From: Candidatus Hydrogenedentota bacterium | GTDB lineage: Bacteria; Hydrogenedentota; Hydrogenedentia; Hydrogenedentales; JAEUWI01 | Length of the DNA: 64,000 nt | Assembly: GCA_034669905.1 (NCBI GenBank) | Contig: JAXMOL010000040.1 | Span: forward strand, 14,411-78,410 | Direction of reading: 5' to 3' | Part shown: in pieces, positions 49,429 through 59,611 of the stretch | Layout of the letters: the number at the start of each line of letters is the position of its first letter | Numbering within the stretch: the stretch's first letter is position 1 | Notes under the pieces: model-generated | Told to the model about the DNA's origin: nothing | Seen by the model: the letters and a program-made list of their open reading frames with translations, nothing else | Database searches by the model: none | Translations under genes and position numbers: made by a program

Positions 49429-52400
49429 ATGCATGTTCTACGCTACCTGGCACTCCTCGCGGCAGTGATATGCCATACCGTTGCCTGGGGGCAGTCCTCC
49501 CTGAGCACGACGGACTTTCATAGTCTCGCGGAGGGCTCACTGCGTCATGTCGTGGCCTGGAACAACCCCTCCGCCTCCGGTCCGCTCCGTATACTCGCCA
49601 TCGCGCCCCATGCCACCTTGGGCGATCTGGCACAACTCCGTGAACATCTGGAGATGGACCTCGAGACCGTGGCCCTCTGGAACCGCGAATTCCTCGGCTT
49701 CGACCCCCGCTTTCCTCAACCCGATCTGCCCGAGGCCAGCCGGGAGGAAGTCCTGGAACGACTCGAACGGGGACTCCGTCGAAAGAAACTGGACCTCATA
49801 CTCCTGGTTCAGTGCGACCCGGCGATCCTGCCCCAGTCCATTCAGGAGCAGCTCATTGCGCGGGTCAACGATGGAGTCGGCCTGCTCCTGACCAACTATG
49901 GATTGGAACCCGGAGCGCCCCTCGCGGACTGGCTCCAGGAAGCCCCGCGTCCTGAAACGCCCCCCGCTCTGCTGAATGGCATCGGAAGTCTGGGCATTGA
50001 CCGCAACTTCGAATCCGCCATGCTGAACACCTATACCCCGGGGGAAGGCCGGGTCGCCCACCTCGTCTTTCACCACGCCCCGACCACGCACCACGGCCTG
50101 CTCCCCCTGCCGGTAAGCCCCTACAACATGCGCCCCGAGCTCGCGGACAACGCCTTTTCGCTCCTCGCAAAAATCGCCCAGTGGACGACCCGCCAGACCT
50201 CCGCAGTGCACATTACGGAAGTCGTCGATGTCTCCCCCAAAGGGCCCGACGACGAAGAAATCCCCCCCGGCTACCCACCCGAGTTTATCGAAGCCATCCG
50301 CAAGAACGCCTTCACCCAGCCGCTCCGGCCCTACGCCGTGCAACTCAGCCAGCCGGCAGAAGAAACTATGGAGGTGTGGTATCGCCTGCGCCCCCGTGGC
50401 GTTTCTGCCCCCGACTACCTGCGTACCTCGGACATTCAGTTCCGCAAGGGTGCCCAATTCTATCCCCTCGATGTCGTGGCCGCGCCGGGGAATTACTTTC
50501 TGGATGTCTGGCTGAAAAACCGCAAGGGGATTGTCGCCTGGCATACCGAAGAAATACACGTCCCCGGTTGGCCGACTCTCTCCAACGTCCAGGTCAGTCG
50601 CGAAGGCCAACCCGCCGTCTGGATTCAACCCAACGATCGCATTACGGTACACGCGGAAGTTGATCAGAGCGTCCTCTCTACAAAACGTGTACGGGGTACG
50701 GTCTTTGCCCGTGTCGTCGACAGTTTCGGTCGGCAGGTGGCCAGCAACACGACCACGGTCGGCGGAGAAGGCGGTACCATTTCCTTACCCCTCGTCGTCG
50801 CCGATCTCCTGGCCCCCATGGTCGCCGTGGAAGTGTTCTCCATCCCCGACCAACTCGCAGACGAGAGCTCCTTCATTGAGCAGGCCGCCCGAGAACGTTT
50901 CTATCTGCCCGTGCGCCTCGCTCCGCCCCCATTGGATAGCGCCGTTATCGTAACGACGGGCCAGCGCCCCGACCATGCCGCCTATGAACACCTTCGCATC
51001 TTCCGTGAAAAAATCGGTGCCGGAGTGCTCCACGCGCCCCTGACGACCGATATGCTTCTGGCGGCTGGCCGACTCGGCCTCAGTCGCCTCAGTCAACTCT
51101 TGCCGGCAGCGTTCAATGCGCCCGGCACCGACGTCGTGCGCAGCCCCTGCCTGTCCAGCCAGGAATACCAGCGTGACCGTCAACGCCATATTGAATCTGC
51201 CATCCTCCAGGCCTACGCGGGAGGGCCAGCCGTCTATTCCCTCGGTGCCGGTAATACCCTGACCCCGACGGAAGCCGAAGTGTGCCAAAGCCCCAGCTGC
51301 CTGGCCCATTTTCGGCAGCACCTGACGGAGCGCTATGGCACGCTGGATGCACTGGGCACGGCCTGGGGACAAACACTGCTGGCCTGGGAAGACGCCCTTC
51401 CCCAATCGCCCGAGCGGGCGCTGGAAGCGGGCAACCCGCTACCGTGGCTCGATTTTCGCCTCAGTATGAATGAGGTTTTCGCCGAGAACTTTCAACAGGC
51501 ACGCACCCAGGCACACCGGCTCGATCCACAGGCGCAGGTCGGTTTTCAGCCCGGCCCCGGGCTCTCGCTCCCCCAGGCAGGGCACCAATGGGATTTGCTT
51601 TGCGCCCACCTGGACTACGTCGCGGTCCCCCTCGAGCCCAGCGCCATTCGCCGACTCCAGAGCTTTCAGGGCATTCGTCCCTGGAATGGCGTTGTCGTCG
51701 ACAGCGCCTATTTCGAAGACACGCCCACTTCGGCCACGTGGCTGGCCTGGCACACCGCCCTCGAGCAACTCCCCGCCATCTGGCTCGACCAACCTTTTGA
51801 GGATACCGCGATGCGCCTCATGGGACCCACCGGTGTCTTAAATCCCTCACTAACCGCATTCGCAGAAGTGCGTGATACGCTCGACCACGGTTTGGGTGCC
51901 CTCCTGCTTCGGGCGACTCCCTACCGAAACGGGATAGCCATATTGGACACGCCGGAAGACGCCCTCTTTTCCACCCTGCCCGGATGGCAAGAAGATACCG
52001 CGGCGGCCTACACGGAAAACTGGTTTGCCGATACGCTGAACACCTACGGCTTCGCCCCCTACATTCATTCCCTGTTGCCGGCCCTTGGTCAGACACTTGA
52101 AGAGGTCAACACCCTGATCCTGGCCGATACCCATACCCTGAATGGGGCAGAGATCGACGCCGCCACGGCGTTTCACAAGCAGGGCGGCCTCATTATTGCC
52201 AGCCGCCTTCCCCGCGTTCGAGAAACCATCGGAGAAGCTACCGGCCGCTATGCACTGCCCTTCCTGCACCCCGTCAATCCAGAATCCACGCTTCCGAAAC
52301 TCTGGTGCAACCGCCCCGTATGGAGCAGTAAAATCGCCCCGGACGCCACGCCCGCCGAACAACTCGAAGGGCTGCTCACGGAAGCTGGCAATCGTCCCAT

Positions 52401-52947
52401 GCCCGCCATTCGACTGGCCGATAACCAGCGCCCCTCTCTCGCCCAATACTACTACGCCTTCGGCGACGCACTCATCCAGGCCTATCTCCCCCGCCGCGAC
52501 GTAGCACGAACGCTGAAGCGGGCGGGCTTTTCCGTGCCCGACGACAGTTACACCTACGACCTGCGGTCGACAGAGGCCCTCTCGACCAGCACCCGCGTAC
52601 AGTGGAGCCCCACGCCCGGCGAAGCGGCCATCTATGTCACCCTGCCCTATCGGGTAAAGGGTATCGAACTCGTCGCCACCGGGGCCGCGCCGCCCGGGGA
52701 ACGCTTCCCGGTGACCATACGGCTGGACACGGGTGACCACCCCCCCACGACCCATTTGATCGGGCTGCAGGTTCTTGGCGTAGACGACAAGGAGCTTGTC
52801 CACTACCGTCAGATTCTCACCATGACCGATGGCGAAGTGGAAACCTTTGTGCCCCTCGCGGAAAATGAGGGCCCCATCCGTCTTACCCTGATTGTGACCG
52901 ATCTCCTCACCGGCACCCGCACCGAGTGCTATGTCACTGCGGCGTGA
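49429..52947 (+). CDS. Large secreted protein with GH42 beta-galactosidase-like domain
   Basis: Signal peptide from MHVLRY; C..P.C..F..HL.ERYGTLDALGTAWG and PWLDF motifs typical of GH42-like folds. Confidence 0.6.
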   Translation: MHVLRYLALLAAVICHTVAWGQSSLSTTDFHSLAEGSLRHVVAWNNPSASGPLRILAIAPHATLGDLAQLREHLEMDLETVALWNREFLGFDPRFPQPDLPEASREEVLERLERGLRRKKLDLILLVQCDPAILPQSIQEQLIARVNDGVGLLLTNYGLEPGAPLADWLQEAPRPETPPALLNGIGSLGIDRNFESAMLNTYTPGEGRVAHLVFHHAPTTHHGLLPLPVSPYNMRPELADNAFSLLAKIAQWTTRQTSAVHITEVVDVSPKGPDDEEIPPGYPPEFIEAIRKNAFTQPLRPYAVQLSQPAEETMEVWYRLRPRGVSAPDYLRTSDIQFRKGAQFYPLDVVAAPGNYFLDVWLKNRKGIVAWHTEEIHVPGWPTLSNVQVSREGQPAVWIQPNDRITVHAEVDQSVLSTKRVRGTVFARVVDSFGRQVASNTTTVGGEGGTISLPLVVADLLAPMVAVEVFSIPDQLADESSFIEQAARERFYLPVRLAPPPLDSAVIVTTGQRPDHAAYEHLRIFREKIGAGVLHAPLTTDMLLAAGRLGLSRLSQLLPAAFNAPGTDVVRSPCLSSQEYQRDRQRHIESAILQAYAGGPAVYSLGAGNTLTPTEAEVCQSPSCLAHFRQHLTERYGTLDALGTAWGQTLLAWEDALPQSPERALEAGNPLPWLDFRLSMNEVFAENFQQARTQAHRLDPQAQVGFQPGPGLSLPQAGHQWDLLCAHLDYVAVPLEPSAIRRLQSFQGIRPWNGVVVDSAYFEDTPTSATWLAWHTALEQLPAIWLDQPFEDTAMRLMGPTGVLNPSLTAFAEVRDTLDHGLGALLLRATPYRNGIAILDTPEDALFSTLPGWQEDTAAAYTENWFADTLNTYGFAPYIHSLLPALGQTLEEVNTLILADTHTLNGAEIDAATAFHKQGGLIIASRLPRVRETIGEATGRYALPFLHPVNPESTLPKLWCNRPVWSSKIAPDATPAEQLEGLLTEAGNRPMPAIRLADNQRPSLAQYYYAFGDALIQAYLPRRDVARTLKRAGFSVPDDSYTYDLRSTEALSTSTRVQWSPTPGEAAIYVTLPYRVKGIELVATGAAPPGERFPVTIRLDTGDHPPTTHLIGLQVLGVDDKELVHYRQILTMTDGEVETFVPLAENEGPIRLTLIVTDLLTGTRTECYVTAA

Positions 52948-52990
52948 GGGCACCCCGCACTCCAGGGACGCAAACCCCGCAATAGCCGTA

Positions 52991-53019
52991 TAGACAAATC
53001 ATTTGAGGGGGGCTATAAT
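52991..53019 (+). promoter_or_regulatory. Sigma70-type promoter upstream of the cheD cassette
   Basis: TAGACA-N17-TATAAT. Confidence 0.65.
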
Positions 53020-53317
53020 GCTTTTGTAGTCCCGGCAGGTATCGTAGTCGGGTTACCGCGCTGTCAGGGTGACAGGGGCAGGGTCATGGTGCGGCACCCT
53101 GTTCGGCGTTGTGTTCTTAGCTCTCAGTTCAGAACATGGGAAGGGTCGCAATGGCAGCATCGGATACAGACGAAGCGGTCCAGGGGCGTAAGGGAGACCG
53201 CATCCAACGGGGATTTTCCTCCTTCGTCAGCCCCCCCACCTCGCTGCAAAGCCCCCTGAGTGGGCATGCTCGCCGGCTCCTGAAACCCGACTTTCAAAGA
53301 GGGAACCCTTGCGTAGC

Positions 53318-53794
53318 GTGAAACTCACCGTCGGCATATCGGATATGAAAGTTTCTTCCGAAAAGAACGACGTCATTGTCACCTATTCGCTTGGCTCCTG
53401 TATTGGGCTCTCCCTCTACGATCCAGTCGTGCAGGTTGGCGGCATCGTCCATTGCATGCTTCCCCTTTCCAAAATAGACCCCGCCCGGGCTGCGGCAATG
53501 CCCCTGATGTTTACCGATACCGGTTCATCCCGACTGATTGAGGCCATTCTCCAACAGGGTGCACGCACACCGCGATTGATCGCCAAGGTCGCCGGGGCCG
53601 CGAAACTGCTCGACAATGGGACGACCTTTAATATCGGCGCGCGCAACCAGGTCGTGCTGCGCAAGGTACTCTGGAAAAACAAGATATTGATCGCGAAGGA
53701 GGAAACAGGCGGAACCAGGGCGCGCACCATGTCGCTGTATCTGGATACCGGAAGAACCATACTGCGCTCCGGAGGGCAGGAATATGAACTCTAA
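53318..53794 (+). CDS. cheD: Chemoreceptor glutamine deamidase CheD
   Basis: VGISD, TYSLGSCIG, GGIVHCMLP, AKVAG, IGARN and TGG..AR motifs. Confidence 0.9.
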   Translation: MKLTVGISDMKVSSEKNDVIVTYSLGSCIGLSLYDPVVQVGGIVHCMLPLSKIDPARAAAMPLMFTDTGSSRLIEAILQQGARTPRLIAKVAGAAKLLDNGTTFNIGARNQVVLRKVLWKNKILIAKEETGGTRARTMSLYLDTGRTILRSGGQEYEL

Positions 53795-53845
53795 CCATCC
53801 CATTGCGGCCCCTCTACCGTGCCATCCAAACCCGATTAGCGTCCC

Positions 53846-54739
53846 ATGGAAGAAAGGCCCCTCCCGGTGACTACCCGCGCCGATGTGCTTCGAAAGCTCG
53901 ACGAGATCCCTGCCCTTCCCATGGCCGCCACTGCGGTTCTCCGTCTGGCCGAAGACCCGAGAACCGGCATCGGGGAAATCATGAAGGCCATCGAATATGA
54001 CCCCGGCCTGACCTCCGACATTCTGCGACTGGCCAATACAGCCTATTTCGCGGGCCCTCGGAAAATCGCGTCCCTGCGGGATGCGGGGGTACTCTTCGGC
54101 ACACAACGCATTGTAGAGCTCGTGCTGGCATCCTCCATCTTCCCCATCACCCAAAAGCCCCTGGTGGGCTACGACCTACCCGCCGGTGAGCTTACCCGCC
54201 ATGCCATGGCCCTGGCCATCGGCGCGGAGTGTATCGCCGAAATGCTGGACCGCCCTGCGCCGACCCATACCTTCACTTCAGCCCTTCTGGCTGATATCGG
54301 AAAGGTTATCCTGGGGACTTTCCTGGCTGTCGATGCCGCGCCCATTCTTTCGCTCGCGCTGGAGCGCAACCTCTCCTTCGAAGTCGCCGAACGGGAGATT
54401 CTGGGCATCGACCATGCCGAAGCGGGGGCGGCTCTCCTGGACCAATGGAATTTACCATCGGGTATCATCGAAGTCGTTCGCTGGCATCACAACCCCGAGG
54501 AGTTGACCGGTGATCGCTATGTCGTCGATCTCGTCAATGTGGCGATGCACCTCACCGTCGGCTGTGGAATCGGCGTGGGGATAGACGGTCTGAACTATCG
54601 GCCCTGCCAAAGCTCCGTCGACCGCCTGGGCCTGGACCAGCTCCAGCTGGAGCAGGCGACCTGCGACATGCTCGTTGCGTTCCGTGATATCGAGCTCCAA
54701 CTCCCCGGCCACCGGGACGGTGCTGACGATGGCGTATAG
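53846..54739 (+). CDS. HDOD domain protein
   Basis: IPALP, DPGLTSDILRLAN.AYF, LLADIGK and DHAEAG..L..WNLP..I....WHH motifs. Confidence 0.9.
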   Translation: MEERPLPVTTRADVLRKLDEIPALPMAATAVLRLAEDPRTGIGEIMKAIEYDPGLTSDILRLANTAYFAGPRKIASLRDAGVLFGTQRIVELVLASSIFPITQKPLVGYDLPAGELTRHAMALAIGAECIAEMLDRPAPTHTFTSALLADIGKVILGTFLAVDAAPILSLALERNLSFEVAEREILGIDHAEAGAALLDQWNLPSGIIEVVRWHHNPEELTGDRYVVDLVNVAMHLTVGCGIGVGIDGLNYRPCQSSVDRLGLDQLQLEQATCDMLVAFRDIELQLPGHRDGADDGV

Positions 54740-55121
54740 TATTCTCGTTGTCGACGACTCGGAAACCGCGCGGGCCGTCATCGCACGCACCCTCGAAATG
54801 GCGCCCCTGCCCATTCGCACCATGCATGTGGCCAGTAACGGAGCGGAAGCCTTGCGTATCATGCATCGGGAGTGGATCGATCTCCTTTTTACCGACCTCA
54901 GCATGCCGGTTATGACGGGCGTTGAATTGATTTCCCGGATGCAAGAAGATGCACTCCTGTCCACCATACCCGTGGTTGTGGTCTCCACCGACGGCAGCAA
55001 AACCCGTATGGATGCGCTCATGAGCAAGGGCGTTCAAGCCTACCTCCGAAAACCCTTTACCCCCGAACAAGTCAAAGAGACCATCGACGCGCTCTTGAAG
55101 GGAAATGACCATGACGAATGA
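54729..55121 (+). CDS. CheY-like response regulator
   Basis: ILVVDDS, DLSMPVMTG, VVVST and YLRKPF motifs. Confidence 0.9.
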   Translation: MAYSILVVDDSETARAVIARTLEMAPLPIRTMHVASNGAEALRIMHREWIDLLFTDLSMPVMTGVELISRMQEDALLSTIPVVVVSTDGSKTRMDALMSKGVQAYLRKPFTPEQVKETIDALLKGNDHDE

Positions 55122-55578
55122 GCATCGCGCCCTCCTGAATCAGACGTTCAGCACCGTCCTCGAGCAGCTCGCATTCATGTTTGTGGAGGTGAGCACAGAG
55201 GCCTCGCCAACGGTCGACAACGCCGGCTTCGTGCGGACTCGCATGAGCTTTCAAGGGCCTGTCTGCGGAGACATGGAGTTAATCGTCCCTCGAAACATGT
55301 GCGAAGAATTGGCCGCCAACATAATGGGCACGGAACCCGATGACGAAGCCGTCCTCCGTGCGCCATTCGACGCCCTTAAGGAACTCTTAAACGTGACTTG
55401 TGGGCATGTCTTGACCGCGCTGGCTGGACAAGAGCCTGTCTTCGAGCGCTCGATTCCCACCGTGGAGCAGTGTGACCCCGGGGAATGGGCAACTTTCCGG
55501 AACCGAGACGATACCCTCTTCGTCCTGGTCGACGAATACCCCGTGCTGCTCTATCTGAACTATGGCCCCCGGAAATGA
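55105..55578 (+). CDS. CheX/CheC-like phosphatase
   Basis: DALKELLNVTCG (ExxN motif); SIP; start 55105 or 55111. Confidence 0.75.
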   Translation: MTMTNEHRALLNQTFSTVLEQLAFMFVEVSTEASPTVDNAGFVRTRMSFQGPVCGDMELIVPRNMCEELAANIMGTEPDDEAVLRAPFDALKELLNVTCGHVLTALAGQEPVFERSIPTVEQCDPGEWATFRNRDDTLFVLVDEYPVLLYLNYGPRK

Positions 55579-55692
55579 CCGGTCCCGCAGGCCGGGCAGC
55601 CTGTTTTTGATGCTCAGACTACGAGATTCCTGCAGCGCAGGCAGAACGCAGCGGTGCCACAGGGACGATGCACCGGGTATGCTCGCTGTGAG

Positions 55693-56088
55693 CTAATCAC
55701 ACAGTCCGTGTCGCTTGAGCTCAGCCGTCACCGTGGCCTTATCGTAGGGCTTCACGACGTAGCCGTCACATTGGGAGCGAAAGGCTTCCATGACATTCTC
55801 CGAATCGTGAAGGGCGCTGGTGATCACAATTTTGGCCCCCTGCCCAATCGAAATTCCCCGGGCCGCTTCCAGGGTGCGAATCTCTTTCAGCGCCATCTGC
55901 CCATCCATCTTGGGCATCATGATATCCAGACAGATCAGATCGTAATGGGTTCCCGAGGCCAGGGCCAGCCGCACCGCCTCCACCGCTTCTTCCCCATCTA
56001 TGGCCACGTCACAATGGCCGTAGGGCTGCAGTATCCGACTCAGAACGCGGCGGCTGGTGAAATCGTCTTCAACTACCAGGATGTGCAT
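55693..56088 (-). CDS. CheY-like response regulator
   Basis: ILVVEDD, LDIMMPKMDG, ITSA and YVVKP motifs. Confidence 0.88.
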   Translation of the reverse strand: MHILVVEDDFTSRRVLSRILQPYGHCDVAIDGEEAVEAVRLALASGTHYDLICLDIMMPKMDGQMALKEIRTLEAARGISIGQGAKIVITSALHDSENVMEAFRSQCDGYVVKPYDKATVTAELKRHGLCD

Positions 56089-56415
56089 GGCACGGATGCT
56101 CCTCATTCTGAGTCGTGTACACGACACCAACTCCACCCCGACCATCTCCCCGGCGGGAAAAGGGTATTTAGAATACAACTACTCTTGGAGTGTAACGGAG
56201 TCCTGCACGCAGACACAAAAAAACCCCAACGAAAGGACAAGCATTGAATAAAGCGAATGAATGGTAGAGCCCGGAAGGCCCGAGTATGTATGAGATAATT
56301 CTCTCGCTTGTCCCATCCGTTGAGGATGGCCGCTGTGTTACCACCGCGACTGGATCAAGGATGCCACATCCGCCCCCACCTGTCAACACGGAAAATTTAT
56401 TCAGTTGTATGCCTG

Positions 56416-56751
56416 TCAACCGCTACATGCCGCCGCGATGGCCGGGGCCGTGATCCCGCCATGGGATGCCTGCCATTGCACGGCCCCCTGGGACACCAGA
56501 AAAGCCTGGGGAGACTCGTGGCGGATGCCCAAACGGCTGGCGATCGCGTTGGAAATATCGCGGTTCTCGACCACATAGTTGATATAGGCGGCGGGCACGT
56601 CCCCCTCCCGTTCCTCCAGGAAATCGCGCACTTCACGGAGCGCGCCAGACGAAATAGGGCAACGAGTACTATGCTTCAAGATCAACACCGGATTGGCCTC
56701 GCTCGCGGCGAAACAGGTTTCCAGTGCGGCTTCAGAATCCAAGGTAATCAT
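56416..56751 (-). CDS. YtxJ/BrxC family monothiol redoxin
   Basis: KHSTRCPIS, R.ISN.IA, HESPQ and ASH motifs. Confidence 0.85.
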   Translation of the reverse strand: MITLDSEAALETCFAASEANPVLILKHSTRCPISSGALREVRDFLEEREGDVPAAYINYVVENRDISNAIASRLGIRHESPQAFLVSQGAVQWQASHGGITAPAIAAACSG

Positions 56752-56844
56752 GTGCTTCTCCTGGGGCGGGGTGCCAACGGATGCGAGGGCACGTAATGCA
56801 TAACTGATGAATCGAAACATCGTGGATTTCCTCGCAGGGGCCTT

Positions 56845-56874
56845 TTGACCCGTTTGGCGACAGGGTGCTATACT
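56845..56874 (+). promoter_or_regulatory. Sigma70-type promoter for miaB
   Basis: TTGACC-N18-TATACT with extended -10 TG. Confidence 0.55.
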
Positions 56875-56946
56875 ATGCAACGGTTCTCCGGGATATCAAA
56901 TCCCATCTAACACCTTTCCCAACAACATTTTAGCCCGAGACATACC

Positions 56947-58293
56947 ATGGCAAAAAGAGCGTACATTAAAACCTTCGGCTGTCAGATGAATGAACACGAC
57001 AGCTTTCAGATGCAGGCCGTCCTCGAACGGGAAGGATACGAGATTACCGATGATCAGGATTCGGCCAATCTCATCCTCGTCAATACCTGCTCTGTGCGCC
57101 ACAATCCCGAAAACAAGGTCTACAGTCTCGTCGGCACCCTCAAGGAACGCAAGAAGGCCGACCCCGACCTCATCGTCGGCGTGGCCGGCTGCGTCGCCCA
57201 GCAGGAAGGCAAGAAAATCCTCAAGCGGGACAAGTCGGTCGATATGGTCTTTGGGCCCGACAACTTCTTCAAGCTCCCCGAGATGATTGCCGCCGTGAAA
57301 AACGGCGAACGGGTCTGCAATACCAAGTGGCTCCCGAGGGACCACAAGATTCAGAATTTCATCCCCGAGGAGTGGGTTGAACGGGGCCATGTGGAGGGCA
57401 TCAAGGCCTACATCGCCATCACGAAGGGGTGCAACAACATGTGCACCTACTGCATCGTGCCCTTTACCCGGGGCCGCGAAGTCTCCCGTGAGCACGACAA
57501 CATCCTCGTGGAAGCCAAGGCCCTCGTCCGCAAGGGCGCCAAGGAAATCTGGTTGCTCGGGCAGAACGTCAACTCCTATCGCGCTTCCAAGGACTACCGG
57601 TTCTATCAGTTGCTCGACGACGTCTCGAAAATCAAGGGATTGGAGCGCATCCGTTTTACCTCGCCCCACCCCAAAGACTGGAACAACGATCTCTCGGACC
57701 TCATGGCGAGTCGCAAACGTATCGCCAACCAGCTCCACCTCCCCTTCCAGGCCGGCAGCGACCGTATCCTTCATGCCATGCGCCGAAACCACACGCTGGA
57801 CGAATACCTTGCCAAGGTGAAATACCTCCAGCAGGTAAACCCCGACGTGGAACTCAGCACCGACCTCATCGTGGGCTTCCCCGGTGAGACGGAAGAAGAT
57901 TTCGAGTGCACCATGGCCTGCCTGGAAGAAGTCCGCTTCGGTCAGGTCTTCGCCTTCAAGTACTCCCCCCGCCCCGGCACCGAAGCCGAAGGCCTGGAAG
58001 ACGACGTGCCCCGTGAAGTCAAAGAAGAACGCCTCGCCCGGGTCCTCACCCGCCAGCAGGAAATCAACAACGAACAGCTCGCCGCCTACCAGGGCAAGGT
58101 CCAGGAAGTCCTCATCGACGCGGCCCACCCCCGCCGCCAGGGCTTCATGAACGGCCGCACCAACAACTACCGCCCCATCACCTGCCACGCCCCCGACCTC
58201 GAAATCGGCGACGTGGTCAACGTCCGGGTAAGCGCCTACAGCGGCCACTGGCTCGAAGGCGACGTGGTGGAAACGACGGCGGCGTTGGCTTAA
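56947..58293 (+). CDS. miaB: tRNA-2-methylthio-N6-dimethylallyladenosine synthase MiaB
   Basis: TFGCQMNEHDS, NTCSVR, CNNMCTYCIVP, LLGQNVNSY, RFTSPHP and IVGFPGET motifs; TRAM domain. Confidence 0.95.
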   Translation: MAKRAYIKTFGCQMNEHDSFQMQAVLEREGYEITDDQDSANLILVNTCSVRHNPENKVYSLVGTLKERKKADPDLIVGVAGCVAQQEGKKILKRDKSVDMVFGPDNFFKLPEMIAAVKNGERVCNTKWLPRDHKIQNFIPEEWVERGHVEGIKAYIAITKGCNNMCTYCIVPFTRGREVSREHDNILVEAKALVRKGAKEIWLLGQNVNSYRASKDYRFYQLLDDVSKIKGLERIRFTSPHPKDWNNDLSDLMASRKRIANQLHLPFQAGSDRILHAMRRNHTLDEYLAKVKYLQQVNPDVELSTDLIVGFPGETEEDFECTMACLEEVRFGQVFAFKYSPRPGTEAEGLEDDVPREVKEERLARVLTRQQEINNEQLAAYQGKVQEVLIDAAHPRRQGFMNGRTNNYRPITCHAPDLEIGDVVNVRVSAYSGHWLEGDVVETTAALA

Positions 58294-58389
58294 ATAACCG
58301 GTATCACAACTAGCGACAGTGAGTCCGCTCCCCCAAGACCTTATTGGCACATGAACAGCACAACGGATGCTTGATTCAGGAGAACTGCC

Positions 58390-59136
58390 GTGGTTAAGAA
58401 GCTGTATCTCCTGTGCTTCGCCTCGATAGCCACGTTTTTCATCGCGATACTCATCGCCACCTTTGCCATCCCCTCCGCATTCCGCCCATTCAACAAGAAC
58501 ATACACGGCAATATCGAGCGACTCCTACGTCCAATGGAGTACGAGCTGGGAAAAGCGGATACCCGGAAAGAGTTGACGGAGGCCGAAATCAACGCAATGC
58601 GGCGGGAACTTGCCCGTTACCGCGCTGCCCCGAAGGATTATGTTTCGGAAGTCACCCAACCCGCCCCGGAGATCAGTGAAATACCCGACGCCATATACCC
58701 GGTTTCGCGAGGCTCTGATCAAATCGTGCTCCGCACCCCGAAGGATGTCCAACACATCGTCCAGCACGGCTACCAATTGTCCATGTCCCTGTATATTGCT
58801 GATCTGCGCATACTGACGGGTTCGAATGCCGTCGTCGCCGTGCTTGGCCTGGTCATAGTGCTTTTGGTCCGAGGGCGCGCAAGAACGATTACGTACCTGC
58901 TCCTGATTTTCGTTGGCCCATGTATCTTTGCAAGTACCTATGTCTTTTACGATTGGGCCGGTGATTCGTTTCTGCGGATTGGCCCCTACTATCCCCTCGT
59001 CCTGGGCGTCGAAATCGTGCTTGTAGTTGGATTTGTTTCGATCGAATTCTATTCGGAGTGGCTCCTGCACAAGAGTATGGACGACTGCGATACTGCTATC
59101 GAAAACGAATCCGAAGCCGGAGTTTCTCAGGAATAG
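58390..59136 (+). CDS. Hypothetical membrane protein
   Basis: N-terminal TM plus about three C-terminal TMs; AGGAG RBS before GTG. Confidence 0.6.
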   Translation: MVKKLYLLCFASIATFFIAILIATFAIPSAFRPFNKNIHGNIERLLRPMEYELGKADTRKELTEAEINAMRRELARYRAAPKDYVSEVTQPAPEISEIPDAIYPVSRGSDQIVLRTPKDVQHIVQHGYQLSMSLYIADLRILTGSNAVVAVLGLVIVLLVRGRARTITYLLLIFVGPCIFASTYVFYDWAGDSFLRIGPYYPLVLGVEIVLVVGFVSIEFYSEWLLHKSMDDCDTAIENESEAGVSQE

Positions 59137-59217
59137 GCCTCTTCATTTCACCTGACTGGAATGGGCCACATCGCTTTTATCAATGCAGATGAAATATGAA
59201 AAGTTAACGGGTGTAAA

Positions 59218-59574
59218 ATGGCGAGACTAACCGCGTTAGTATTGGCCTATCTTTTTCTGGCGCTGGCCATCATTGGATTGTTCCTGCCCGTAGTGCCCAC
59301 CGTGCCTTTTTTGCTGCTAGCCGCCTGGTTTTCCGCCAAAGGCTCGGAACGTCTCCATCGCTGGTTATACGCGCACCCCCACTTCGGCAAGATGCTCATC
59401 GATTGGGAAGAACATGGAGCGATCTCACGAAAGGGCAAAGTGGCGACCGTGATAACCCTGAGCGCCAGCTGGATCTTCCTCTACGTTCAGCTGGAAAGCA
59501 CCTGGGGGTTGGCGGCAATGGCCATCCTGTTCCTTGTGATTACGTCCTTCGTGCTAACCCGGCCCAATGCTTGA
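59218..59574 (+). CDS. YbaN (DUF454) family membrane protein
   Basis: G..LPV.PT.PF.LLAAW...S.RLH.WL..HP.FG..W motif. Confidence 0.9.
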   Translation: MARLTALVLAYLFLALAIIGLFLPVVPTVPFLLLAAWFSAKGSERLHRWLYAHPHFGKMLIDWEEHGAISRKGKVATVITLSASWIFLYVQLESTWGLAAMAILFLVITSFVLTRPNA

Positions 59575-59611
59575 TTCGGCTTCGTGGCGATAATAAAAGA
59601 GGGGGACTCCC

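Noticed and set aside
52960..52985. GGGACGCAAA resembling part of a c-di-GMP-I riboswitch upstream of cheD
   Set aside because: The GGCAAA/GNRA hairpin that should precede it is missing, and it lies upstream of the predicted promoter.
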